Assembly: GCA_028534125.1 (NCBI GenBank)
Contig: CM052817.1
Coordinates: 66,652,001 to 66,716,000, forward strand
Direction of reading: 5' to 3'
Source: Lama glama
Taxonomy: Eukaryota
Length of the DNA stretch: 64,000 nucleotides
Below are positions 12,535 to 24,589 of the stretch, piece by piece. The notes under the pieces were generated by a model that worked only from the letters and a program-made list of their open reading frames with translations, was not told the origin of the DNA and ran no database searches. How positions within the stretch are numbered: the first letter of the stretch is position 1; the number at the start of each line of letters is the position of its first letter. The translations under genes were made by a program, and so were the position numbers.

Positions 12535-12775
12535 AATGACTTCCGTGTACTGAACACTTAATACAAGGTATCATGCTGGGAGTTTTCACGTATAAGGCTG
12601 TTAGTCTTTATTAGAACCGTTAGGTAAACAACATTCTCATTTTGTATATGGGGAAATGAAGGCTTAGGATAGTGTTGTAACTTGCCAAAGCCTACCAACT
12701 CGTAAGGATCTCAGCTGGGATTTGAACCCTGCTCCCTAGACTCCAAAGCCCATCTCCTTAGCCTTTTGCCATCCT
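12535..12775 (-). mobile_element. MIR SINE, tail-to-tail with the preceding copy
   Basis: ctcattttgtatatggggaaatgaaggcttagg...ggatttgaaccc...gactccaaagccc. Confidence 0.75.
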
Positions 12776-13559
12776 GCTTTTCTTAGGCTTGTGTCTGTGG
12801 CAACCTACTCATTTGCCTCTTGAAAGAAAATGAATCTAGAGTGAGTGATTACAACCGATTTTGCAACTGTGGTCACTTACAGTTGAAAATACAAATGACT
12901 TTCAAGACCGCCAGCAGGCATGCCAATGCAGTGTCCCAAACGAGCTCTTTAGTTTCCTCGTTGCATAAATTGTTTTTTTAAATTTTTTTTTGTTTTGATT
13001 GTTTTTTACCTTGTACATTTTTAGATCTCATGTCTAAGGGTTACAGAGAGACAGAGAAAGAAGCTGAAAGTGTCTCCCTCCATATCCCACATGAGTAGAT
13101 GTTCTTGGTACTGTTTTAAAAAATGAGCCCAGGAAATGGCTTTATTGGCCCGTGGACAAGTGACCGTGAGAAACTCTAACTCACACAAGCTTCAACCACG
13201 CTATAAGGCCTCTTGAGACTCTCCAAGCATTCCACATGTGCTTTACATAAACCAGCTCCATGTACACCTGGAAAAAAGAACGGGAAAAAAAATCTTACCA
13301 AATAGAACTTCTCAAATTTAAACAAAGGCAATGCATTTGTGAGTGTGCACGTGCGTGTCTCGTTGCGTCAGCCGTTTAACAGGCCCAGGCTTTAAAGGCT
13401 GTACAGACATCAGGTCGCCATAGAATCCTCACCAACCCCTTTGAGTGTGCAAAATTCCTTCTGAAGTCTGAGAGCAAATGAACAAGACCCTTTTCTACTG
13501 TGTGCTTGGTTCACGCAGATACACAGGATATAGCAATGCTTTCAGTGCGTATGGTTGAA

Positions 13560-13700
13560 ATCCTTCAATTTACAGATGAAAAATTGGAGGCTTAGAGATG
13601 TTTAGGGGCTTGTTAAAAATTATATGCTGGTAAATGGTCAAGAGAGGAACTGAACTCAGGTCTTATTTCAATCACATGCTTTTCTTACTGTACCATGTTG
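13560..13700 (-). mobile_element. MIR SINE
   Basis: atttacagatgaaaaattggaggcttagagatg...gaactcaggtct. Confidence 0.7.
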
Positions 13701-14410
13701 CCATCTTACCATTTTATTTTGTTCAATGAGAAAACAAACAAAAAACAATGACCAAAAAAAAACAAAACAAACAAAGAAAAACCCCACAAGGCAACAAAAA
13801 AGATTTTGGAATCATATATTGATGATCACATGCATGGGCTCTCGCTAAGCAAACCAACTGTAACTGAAAAAAGGATTAAAAAATAATGTAGATATTTGTT
13901 GGTAAATCCTTCCTCCCAGCAAAATTACAAAATGATGACACAGGAAATATAGGTACAAGTATTTCTTTTGTTCAACCAAGATTATCTTAGATTTCATGAT
14001 TTTAAATTCCAAGTTTTTATCAATTAGTCTTTTTATAGAGCTTGTGTGTAAAGATGTATGTATGATCGGCATAGCAGTTCAGGGAAACTGTATTAGGACA
14101 GAGCCTAGCAGCATTGTTCAGGATTTGTTTTCCTTTTTACATATCTCTTGAGGATGGCTCATTCTGCACATCACTCTTCCCCACCTGGCTTCTGGTGAAA
14201 CATTTAAATTGCAAATAAGGAGCACCACAGTACATTTCCCAAAGTCCAAAACGTATGCAGAATGACCTGCTAGATGACAAAAGATATGGAAGTAAATGCC
14301 AATTACTTAAGATTCAATAATTTTTTACAATTTTATGGCAAAGTGTAATCCTGTGATTTTCCCCAAATACTTGGATACCTAAAAAATGGTATTTAAAGAA
14401 GTAACAACAC

Positions 14411-14504
14411 TAGGGGACCAATCACCCCAGTTTGCCTGGAAATGAGGTGTGCTCTGAGATTCAAGATTGCAGTGGTAAAGTCTGGACACAGGTTGATCAC
14501 GCTA
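14411..14504. mobile_element. MER81-like hAT-Blackjack MITE
   Basis: TIR-like ends taggggaccaatc...ggttgatcacgcta. Confidence 0.65.
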
Positions 14505-16089
14505 CGGTCAGCTGAAGTCTGTGTGGAGGGGTCCCCTCAGTAAGTGTTTGTTCCCCTCGACAGCTAACCTGAACCACTCGCAAAGGCACAGTTTTCATGG
14601 AGTCGGTAGATGATTTTCCACCTTTCTAGATCACAGTTTTCATGCTCTGTTATCTGACAATCTAGCCGTTGATTCTGCAAAAGACCTGCCCGTATAAGTA
14701 GTACACACTTCTGGACGCTCTGAGTTTGAAAGAATACGGAAGTAACTCTGAAGCAGGACAGACAAGAGCCCTAAAACAGTTGGGGAAATACTTAGATCAT
14801 CTCCTAATGCTTTCTGGTTAGGCTTTCCCCAACAGTAGCAGCCATGGTTTCTGAAAGACAATTTACTTTATTCCTTCTTGAATTACTAGCCTGGTGAATC
14901 TAGAGCCCTTCCAGGTTTCTGCCCCTAGAGTCCTCTATTACGGAAAGCCCTAGGAAGGACGCAGCACAGCCTTGGGAGGGAGTGTGGTAACCCCGGGCGT
15001 GGGGCCGTAGACGCTTCAGGGCCTGAGGTTTTCAAATGCACTGCCAAGGCTGATCCAGCGTATTTCCTTCCTAACATTAATAATTACTTGGCACTAAAGA
15101 AACACTTGCTGATAGAGCATTTTATGGTATGGCGTTTTATTATCTCTGGCTTGGAAGATGGTAGCCACTGATAATCTAATAGAAAAGAGAAACTCACTTC
15201 ATTAATTTATTATAGCCCAGAGTCCTAGGCAGGGTGTTTGATTACAAGGATTCTTTTTTTTTTCTGCCAAATTAAAAAGCTGGTGCAGCCCAGTAGATGA
15301 TGTAAAGCTTTTGGTTAAATGCCTCCAGGGTTCTGTTTTCTAGCAGATCCACCATTTGAAGCTTACATTTTTTTCTGTTTACTCTATTTCTCCCAATTTA
15401 TTTTACTTTAATTTTAATAACAAGCTCACGCTGGTTGTGTCAGGTAGTTTTGTCTTTACCAACATGGTGCCATGAAGGCCGGGACCCTGATGCTGGCAGT
15501 GCTGCTGATCGCGGTGCGTGTGCCTGGAGCACAGCACTTACACATCCAAGGCCCCTGGTTTCTTTATCTGTGAGATGGGAAGGTTGGACTACGGTCTCCT
15601 CCAGCTTTAATACTTTGTGGTTAACTTTTGGATTCAAAGTCATGGATAAATAAGTACGAAAGAAAATCTCTTTCAAAAAGATTTTAAAAAGGAAGATATT
15701 TCAGTTTTGTTAAATTCCAATGAAAGACTGAGTTACTTGATTTTAGTTTGCCCTGTAGAATGTGTAGGGTCTAGGGGCTATTGTGACATATGCTGCAGAA
15801 ATGCTTACTGTAGTTCACGTACTGTTCCCGACAGAAGGAAACATCTGGGGGGTTTCTGTACCAGCTGGGATTCACCCCTAATGGAACCGCTTGCTTTTGG
15901 ACAGAGTTGTACATTATCCTGCCTCCTCTACTTTGTCCTTTGCAAGAATTTCACCATCTGCCTGTTAGCAATTATTTGTTTTCTTAATTAATTGGTAGAA
16001 TCTATGATTTTTTAAATGCTTCAAATCAATAAAAAAAATTTTAAAAAACAAAAGGATGTGAGCTACATACTGTTGTGCACCACGCATGA

Positions 16090-16240
16090 CAATGGAATCA
16101 GAGAACCAGCATGTTTACAGCTGATAGAGGCCTTAGAGATCAATTAGTCCAACTCCCTCATTTTTGTAGATGAGGAAAAACACCCAGCTCGTTGTTGGCA
16201 AAGCACAGAACTTGTATCTCCTTATTTTCCCCATTATATC
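16090..16240 (-). mobile_element. MIR/MIR3 fragment
   Basis: gccttagagatcaattagtccaactccctcatttttgtagatgaggaaa. Confidence 0.65.
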
Positions 16241-16329
16241 ACCAGCAAATTATATCTTTCTCATTCCCAGAAAAGGGATATCTTCTGATGTTTCTAAATT
16301 CATTTGATTTCATAATTTTAGTGAAACTA

Positions 16330-16960
16330 AAGAAGCAAAAATTTTAAAATTATCTTACTGTATGAAAGTGTTATACGGATACAGTTGAAAAACCAAATAG
16401 TCCTACAAGGTTTGTAACAAAAAAATAGATGTTGTGCATTCCACTGGTTCAACTGTCATGCCCCAGAGGCACCACGTTCATTGCTTTGAGCTATTCATTT
16501 TTACATCTGCTTCCACATTTCTAAATAAACATAGTATATCATTAGCTCTTGATAACTAGGTATCATCTATTGATTTGCTACTACAGAATGTAAGAATTTA
16601 CCTGTTTCCTTGTTTCCTTGTGTATTTTGAAGAGCACAGTTATAACATCCTGAGAAATCATGCATGGAACAGACAATATTTTTGGCAATCTAGTAGAGCC
16701 AAAAATATATTTCAAGCTCACCCTTACTTAGTAACTTGGCTGGATACAAAAGTCTAGTTTGGAAATCATTTTCTCCTAGAAAGTTTAAGGCATTGCCCCA
16801 TTGTCTTCTTGCTTCCAGTGCTGTCCCAAATTTTACTGGGAAATGCCATGATTTAGATTTTTATTCAGCAGTTTTACTGGACACTCAGTGGAACATTCTC
16901 AATATCAAAAGTCTTGACTTCCAGTTTAGAGCTGTTTTGATAAACTACTTTTTGTAAAGC
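16330..16960 (-). mobile_element. Ancient L1M(E) fragments
   Basis: ggctggatacaaaagtctagtttggaaatcattttctcctagaaagtttaaggcattgccccattgtcttc. Confidence 0.6.
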
Positions 16961-16974
16961 TCTCTAACTGACTA

Positions 16975-17700
16975 AGCAGAACGTCACATCACAGCGCTGG
17001 CAGACATGCACTTTTTCAGGCCTCTGCATGTGTCAGTCTGCTTATACACTCGGTTCATTTCCTATGGATGCTGTGACAAATTACCATAAACTTGGTGGTT
17101 TAAAACAACACAGGTTTATCTTCTTATTGTTCTGGAGGTCAGAAGTCTGAAATTTCACTGGGCTAACATCAAGATTTTGACAGGGCTGGTTTTTTTCTGT
17201 AGGTGCTAGAGGAGGATCTGTTTCCTTGCTTTTTCCAGCTTCAAAAAACTTCCTCCACCTTTGCTTTTCTTGGCTCATGGCCCCTTTCTCCATCTTCAAG
17301 CCAGGAGTACAATATTTCAATTCTTTCTCTACTTCCACCTTAAGATTACTTTCCCTCTTACAAGGACCTTTTTGATTACACCTGCCCACCCAGATAATCT
17401 AGGATAACTGCTTCATCTCAATATGTCTAATGTAGTCACATCTGCAAAGTTCTTTTTGCCATAAAAGATAACAGTATTTACAAGTTCTGGGGATTAGGGC
17501 GTGGAGATCATTGGGAAACCAGTGATCAACCTGCTACATAAATCATTGGTCACAACAAATCACACTCCTCAACTTAGTATTAACTAGTGGTGAAACAGAC
17601 ATCACCTCTATAGTGAGAGGAACTGCAGAATAGATTGAAAAGAGCTTCAGTATAACATGGAGTGAAGAAATGGGGCCACTTGTGTAATTAATCAATAGCA
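16975..17700 (-). mobile_element. Older MLT1 (F/G/H-like) LTR fragment split by a younger MLT1
   Basis: ttttcaggcctctgcatgtgtca before the insert continues as cattggtcacaacaaatcaca...gaagaaatggggccac after it. Confidence 0.55.
17050..17538 (-). mobile_element. MLT1C/D-like MaLR LTR
   Basis: gctgtgacaaattaccataaacttggtggtttaaaacaacac...ttctggaggtcagaagtctgaaat...gttctggggattagggcgtgga. Confidence 0.85.
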
Positions 17701-17719
17701 TATGTTGCATGTCTACATG

Positions 17720-18160
17720 ACTCAGAGCTTTATGATATTTTTAAATAAAGATTTATAGTTTTTGCCACAAAGTTCTTGCACATGTTCTCTTCTATTTATT
17801 CCTAAATACTTGATATTTGATGGCATTTAAATGATGTCTTTAAATTTTTTTGTTTTCTAATTCTTTATCAATGACATATAGAAATGCAATTGATTTTAAT
17901 ATCAAATTTTGTCCAGTAATGTTCTAAGCATTCTTATTAAGCTCAGATTTTTTTTTCCTTTTTCTTGCCTTATTTTGCTATGGTCACCAGACAATCTTGA
18001 ATGAAACAGAGATAGCAAGAAGACTTGTTTGTGCCATTGTATTTCAAAATTAACTATGATGTTTTCTATAGGGTTTTCATTAGTGTTGATATCTTTTATT
18101 AGTTTATAACTATTTCCTTCTAGTCCTAATTTGCTAAGCAAAGGTATTTCTTTTAAGGTT
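17720..18160 (-). mobile_element. Ancient L1M ORF2 fragment
   Basis: Minus-strand peptide LSKLGLEGNSYKLIKDI...NPIENIIVN resembles L1 ORF2. Confidence 0.65.
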
Positions 18161-18734
18161 AGATTCATTTAAGATATAGAAACCAGTGTTTATATTTTGA
18201 TAAATAAATTCATCCAATGGCAAAAAGTTCTTACTACAAATTACCTAGGCTCTTGATAGCTTACTTACACATGTATTTTGAGGTTTACATAATCTTGTTT
18301 TAAATAACAGTCTTCCAAGGATGTATATGAATCACTCACTAAATATTCTCTGTAGTTAAAGTGAAGCTCAAAATGGATTGTTTAACTGTGTCTACCATTG
18401 ACAAATAGAAAATAACAACTTCTAATAATATCCTTATTCCATTTACCAACTAAAAAGAACTGCATCATGAAAGAATCTTGGAATTCTTTGGTTCCCATTT
18501 AGAATATTCACAGCAGTGGCTTGCCAAGGCTGAAGTTTCCTAATGAAGTTAACACAAAAGACTATGAATACGTTGTATTCCAGATTTGGAAAGGAACGAA
18601 ATCCTATCTAATTCAAGTTGAGCTCCCCCTCTTTCAGAGAAGATGGATATCAGTGAAGCATTGATGCTTCAATTTTTAAACTCCTTGGACATATATGTAT
18701 TCTTCTAAAATAACTCTTCTTTACAGAGTTTATA

Positions 18735-19690
18735 TTTGTTCATTTATTTATTATTTAGTCATTTAGGAAATATCTGTCAAAAACCTACTGTGTATTAGGG
18801 ATTGTGCTCTGGGACACAACAGTGAGCATGAAGTTATGTTAACATTAAGCAGTTTACATTTCCGTGTGTGAAATCAACAGATACATAAACCACACAGAAC
18901 AAGGGCTGCTATAAAACTGAATAAGGAATGCTGTGGAACCCAAAGGAGACTTAACATCTGTCTCGGTGAAGAAGAAAAGGTTTTTTAATTTCCTGAGACA
19001 CCTGAAGAATAAATAGGAGTCAGACAGACAAAATAAGCGAGGCAGGCCATTTATACAGAGGGAGTAGAATGTACAGGGACCCAAAAGTGAAAGAAGGAAT
19101 AGTATTTTTAGGGAAATTACTCATATAATCTGAGGCTTAGACAAGTAGAAATAGAGATAAGCCTGGATTAATGAAGGACTTTACAAATTGGGTAATCATA
19201 GAATGTATTATCCAAACTAGTACACTTTAGAAAGTGAACGAGATGATATTAATAATTATGCCATAAATAAATGAACTGGGAATTTCAACAGATTGGAATT
19301 GTTCCAGGCAAGCCAAGACATATGGCCTTCCTTACAAGCGATGTAAGTTCTCTTCTTTATCCCAAGGCTATTGAAGAACATAGAAGGGTCTCGAGTAAAA
19401 GGGTAGGAGAGTGTCATAAATATTCACTTGACGAGAATCGCTCTTTCTTTAGTATGGATTACTGTGGGTCAGGGAAATGGCGAAGAGGAGCAGATACATG
19501 TGTTGCAATAATTCAGTTAAGCGATGAGGTTGCTTCTGGCTATAATTATGGTGATGGTTAAAAAAAAGTGATAAATTTTGTAGATATTTAGGCAGTAAAA
19601 TTAACAGGATTTTCTGATTGAGTGTTTGAAGGATTTGGTAGTGAAAGAGAAAGTCGGAAATACCAAGCACAATGTCCATGTTTCTGCCCT
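18735..19690 (-). mobile_element. L2 LINE interrupted by MER94
   Basis: Tail cattttatttattatttagtc...ctactgtgtattagg and body gttgcaataattcagttaagcgatgag. Confidence 0.7.
19190..19334. mobile_element. MER94-like hAT-Blackjack MITE
   Basis: gggtaatcata...tccaaactagtacactttagaaagtgaa...attaataattatgcc...gacatatggccttcct. Confidence 0.7.
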
Positions 19691-20811
19691 GTGCAAATGG
19701 ACTGGACCATACCAGGGGGGCAGCCACTGAAGATATTGTTTATAAGGCCCTGCACTGTGTTTCGTGTATAAATGTTTGTGGACCAGGGTGGTTGGAGGAG
19801 AGTCTTGTTCCAAAGTGTCAGACTAAGCCCTAAATGACCTTCTGAGCTTTCCCAGTAGATGTCTGCAGTTGATGCTGGAACAGAAAGACCAAAACCAGTA
19901 GGTGGAATGCAAAGCCCATGAAGGACACCAAACAAAGGCACACAGGAGTCAAGGGGTGTGTGAGCACAGGCTGACTTCTAGAATATCAAAGGAGCAACCC
20001 TGAAGTCTGTGTGAATAAGGCAGCATATGCATCCCCTAGGCACAGACAAAGGAGAGGTCACGTAATCTGTCCAAGATGGAGAGATCTTGGACAATGTGTG
20101 GTGAAGTCCCTTAAAAGAAACCCAAGGTTTTTCCTTTGTCACCTCTTCCTCTCTTAAAGGCTTCTGATAATATGGAGGTGCAAGGTGAGAGCACAGGCTT
20201 TAAGAAACCATAGCAACAAGAAAGAATGCTAGGTCAGAGTGCAGATGGCAGTCAACCACAGATGATCACTGTCAGTCTCCAGGGAGGAGGGGACAGACTA
20301 TAAAGAATTAAAGATCATAAACAGAAGAACTATGGCCGGAGTAGCTCAGAAGCCAGGACCTGGGAGGGTAACAGAGGAGCCAGCTGGTATAAAAATTGGG
20401 ACACATTCCTCATGAAATCAAACTAAGTGACAGGGTGCTACTGCTTGAGTCTATCACAAAGCTCTGGAAACAACGTTTGGAAGCTGAATGCTGTTATCTG
20501 AGTAATGAATACAGGACATCAAGCGAAGAGCCCCTTGCTTAATTCCTTTGTTTGCTCTCCAGTCCATCTCTCTGAAGTCCTGCTCTTCACAGCAGAAATA
20601 TGGCATTTGGGCTGCTGATCTCCCAACTCCTCCTTTTTTTTTGGCTTCACATCTTATAAAGATGTGGGCAATGCCAGCAGCATTCAACCTTTCCAGAATC
20701 TTTTCTCAATTCACTTCCTGTTGCACTTCTGCTTTTTCCATATGGACAATCCTATCCTGCTTCTTTGTTCAGAACTTTACGACTTTCATGCATATGATCT
20801 TACTTGATAAG

Positions 20812-21065
20812 CCACGCAGTGGTTAAGAGACCTGACTCTGCTAGCCGAAAGACTTAGTTTTTAAATCCCATTCCAGTACTTAACATTTGATCTTGGGCTG
20901 GTTACTTAATCTCTCAGCAACTTGATTTCTTCCTCTGTGAAAAAAAGGAGGTAAAAATAGTACCTAAGAAACTGAACGATTTTAAGACTACAAGTGATGA
21001 TGTATGAAAACCACATAGTACAGTGCCTACCACATAATATAGATTCAGAAATATTAGCATTTCTT
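20812..21065 (+). mobile_element. MIR SINE
   Basis: gcagtggttaagag...tcttgggctggttacttaatctctc...acagtgcctaccacataa. Confidence 0.75.
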
Positions 21066-21489
21066 ATAACTGTTTGTCAACTTTGCAATCTTATGTGATA
21101 GACAATATTAGTCCAAATACATATTTTTATAATATATATGTAGACACACACACACATACACATGAAGAGACTCTTAAAGGTTAAATGTTCAAGGTTATAC
21201 ATCCCTAACTTCAGTACACAGTTCTTGACCTTAGGCTCAGTATCTCACTGGGCAAACATAGCACGACACTCACAGCAATTTCAGGGAAAGTGTTCAGACC
21301 TTCCTTCAGAATTCACCCATAGGGTGTAACCCTGCTAACACTGGCCATGCTCTTTCTTTTATTAGCTGAGGTGGGCAGAGCAGTGGGCCCTTTCTTGTTA
21401 CCCAAGTTATTTTCAAGTTGTTTTATTTACCATCTTGTCCTAAAAATTGGAAGGGACACAGTTGACCAGTTATGCGTTTGTGTATGTAC

Positions 21490-22005
21490 TGTCCTGGCTA
21501 TACATTGTTGCATAACAAACTAGCCCAAGACTTGATTAAGACCATAACGATGATTGATTTTGCTCGTAAATCTGCCATTTGGGCAACGCTCAGTAGGGAA
21601 AGTTCATCTTCACTATAAATGACTTCAGTTAGAATAGCTTAAAAGAGGGTTGGAGTAAACGCTTTGAAAAAAGGCTCACTCACACGCCTGGCAATTGGCA
21701 CTCTGGACTGAGAGCTCAGCTGGGGGTAGGAACTGAGGTCTGTTCCTCTCCACGGAGGGGTGAGGATCTCCACGTTTCCCAGATTACCTCGTAGCCTGGT
21801 CACTGGGTTTATGCATGAACATCCTCAGAGAAGGCCAGGCAAGAGCGGGGGCACTTTCATGGCCCAGCTTCAGAAGTCACACAGAGGCACTTCTGTGCCA
21901 CTGTTCCCTCAAGGAAGTCACAAAGGCCCACCCCCTTTATCAGGAGAGAGAATATAAACACTCGGCGAGTCGCAAGGTCCTGCAAGAGCATGTGGAATGG
22001 GAAAA
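21490..22005 (-). mobile_element. MLT1F/H-like MaLR LTR
   Basis: ttgttgcataacaaactagcccaagactt...ggctcactcacacgcctggca...cagaagtcacacag. Confidence 0.75.
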
Positions 22006-22219
22006 GTGGAGGAATATGTATGTGCAGACATACACATAGAAATGTGCACTTATGTGTATATCTTCATTTTCAGGTATATACACATATATGCTTTTGTATT
22101 AATGTGTATATATTTCATATTCAAATATATATGCTCATGGTCACATATATACATATATATGAAGTATTTGAGCTACATAAATAACAATCTCACACTGACA
22201 CTACCTCTCACTTTTTAAA

Positions 22220-22380
22220 AATACTTATATATTTATTTGTTTATTATTTGTCTGGCCTCTGCTAGAATAAATTTCCACAGAAGCAGGAACATTATAATAC
22301 TTCACTTACTGCTGTATCTTTGTTACTCAGACTACTGCCTGGCACATAGTAGGCACTCAGTTTATTTGTTGAATAGATAT
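22220..22380 (+). mobile_element. L2 3' end
   Basis: tgcctggcacatagtaggcactcagtttatttgttgaata. Confidence 0.75.
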
Positions 22381-23658
22381 TGCCTCCAACGTATAGGGCC
22401 AAAAATTCACCAGCACAGATGCTGGCTCTCAGGTTAGCCACTGAGACATCTGTTAAAAAAAATAGGTTGGTGGCACTCTCTTCCATACATAATGATCTTG
22501 GCATATGAAGGAGAAAGGATGTGACTGAAGCTCCTGACACCTGCACTTGCAATCCCGTGGAAATACAATTCTCTATCCACTCTTTCTGCATTTTAATTCT
22601 CTTTCATAGACCAGCCATTGCTAGAAGCTTCAGTAGAAGGATTTTTTTGGATGGCAGCTGTGAAGTATTAAGAAAAACGCAGTGACAGATAAAAGGATTT
22701 TGTTTGGCTTCCACAAGATGCAATTCGTGAAGGCTCATAAAGTCATGCTTAATAAGTTGCCTGTTTTGCCTTGAGGTGTTTTCAGTAGCTCATAACAGTA
22801 TTTATTTCAGAAAGTGTATCTTTTGGCACATGAAGGGTCAAGTGAAAATAATGTGAAAAGATCTTGTTTGGCTTTAGAAAAATTAAAGCCCCCAAAGCCT
22901 GGAAAGCAATAAAAGATTATTACGTGCCTTTTGTCAGATATGAGATACGTTATAATGAACCCCTTACAACAAGTACCTCTACAGCTTTAGTTGTAAACAC
23001 TTACATCAGCTGCTAATTGTGGTCCCCAGCTGGATCCCTGACACTATGATGTGCACCCTCTGTAGGCATTTTGGTTGTGAGGAAACACTATCTAATAGTT
23101 GCAGTCAAGAAACAAATAGTGAATTCATGAATTACATAATGTTTCTCTGGTACAGCATTTTTAAAAATCTTAAATTTGTATTTAACGTAAAAAGAATAAC
23201 ATAAAATGCTAAAATATGATATTCAACACTATTGGAGAATATCAAATGTCTCTTTACTTAAAATCTCAAAAGATGTCATTAAATAGATTTTATTAACCCC
23301 CAAAAGAAGCTTTCATATGAGCACTGCAAGGTAGCAGTAATTTAGGAATTTCTCTTAATTTTTTCCCCTTACTGTCAACATCAGCGTGACCACATATAAC
23401 CATATGATATGTGACCCAGACACATTCATAAAATAAATGCATATGTAGAGAAGGTACCACTTATTAACCAACATTTGAACATGATCTTTTAGAGCATTTT
23501 TAAGAAGTGGTTATGGATTTGAATTATCACTTCCAAAAATTCTGTGAGCTGGCAGATAAAGAGAAATGTGAACCTAATTCCCCACACTTCATTCTAGTGG
23601 ACGTGGTGTCGGAGAATAGCTAAGAACAATGGAAAGATCTAATTAACACAGTGCTAGA

Positions 23659-23798
23659 TTTTTTTTAACATTTTTTATTGATTTATAATCATTTTACAAT
23701 GTTGTGTCAAATTCCAGTGTTCAGCACAATTTTTCAGTCATTCATGGACATATACACACTCATTGTCACATTTTTTTCTCTGTGATTTATCATAACAT
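23659..23798 (-). mobile_element. Young lineage-specific L1 3' end running into the gap
   Basis: T tail followed by a sequence nearly identical to the copy at 54745-54897 and related to 45955-46232 and 62752-63140. Confidence 0.85.
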
Positions 23799-24298
23799 NN
23801 NNNNNNNNNNNNNNNNNNNNNNNNNNNNNNNNNNNNNNNNNNNNNNNNNNNNNNNNNNNNNNNNNNNNNNNNNNNNNNNNNNNNNNNNNNNNNNNNNNNN
23901 NNNNNNNNNNNNNNNNNNNNNNNNNNNNNNNNNNNNNNNNNNNNNNNNNNNNNNNNNNNNNNNNNNNNNNNNNNNNNNNNNNNNNNNNNNNNNNNNNNNN
24001 NNNNNNNNNNNNNNNNNNNNNNNNNNNNNNNNNNNNNNNNNNNNNNNNNNNNNNNNNNNNNNNNNNNNNNNNNNNNNNNNNNNNNNNNNNNNNNNNNNNN
24101 NNNNNNNNNNNNNNNNNNNNNNNNNNNNNNNNNNNNNNNNNNNNNNNNNNNNNNNNNNNNNNNNNNNNNNNNNNNNNNNNNNNNNNNNNNNNNNNNNNNN
24201 NNNNNNNNNNNNNNNNNNNNNNNNNNNNNNNNNNNNNNNNNNNNNNNNNNNNNNNNNNNNNNNNNNNNNNNNNNNNNNNNNNNNNNNNNNNNNNNNNN
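23799..24298. other. Assembly gap (500 N)
   Basis: N run of exactly 500. Confidence 0.99.
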
Positions 24299-24535
24299 GT
24301 TAAGAGATCATAAAAACAATACCGTTACCTACGATACTGTTGCCTATGGGTTAAAAGCATATAAATTAACTGCTGGAAATAAACACGAGGTCCACTCTTG
24401 ACCTAGCGTCTTGCGGGCTAGAGTGAGACCCTCTCCCCCACCTTTTAGTCTTGTCTTCCTTTTAGTCTTGTCTTTCTTTTCTCAGTCCTGCAGCACACAT
24501 TTTTGGACCTGATCGATTGTCGGCTGGCTCCGACA
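24299..24535 (+). mobile_element. 3' part of a young ERV LTR (class II-like)
   Basis: TATAAA at 24360, AATAAA at 24378, pyrimidine-rich U5, terminal ggctggctccgaCA, many intact CpGs and no primer-binding site (PBS) after it. Confidence 0.7.
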
Positions 24536-24589
24536 TATATCTGTATATCTCTCTGTATGTATCTTATGTCTATGTCTATAGCTATATCT

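Noticed and set aside
15530..15580. Minus-strand 26-nt micro-exon with a gtaagt donor
   Set aside because: The splice-like signals are intrinsic to the antisense MIR sequence, with no other support.
18654..18671. Inverted repeat tgaagcat-tg-atgcttca
   Set aside because: An 8-bp stem is expected by chance in 64 kb.
19705..19725. Possible CTCF site accaggggggcagcc
   Set aside because: An extra G breaks the register and the 5' half mismatches.
19800..20440. Purine-rich LTR-like stretch
   Set aside because: No family, termini or TSD could be assigned, so it is left unannotated.
23704..24303. 199-aa ORF sharing its N-terminus with the ORF at 54791
   Set aside because: Antisense L1 3' UTR read through N bases; the shared start reflects repeat copies.
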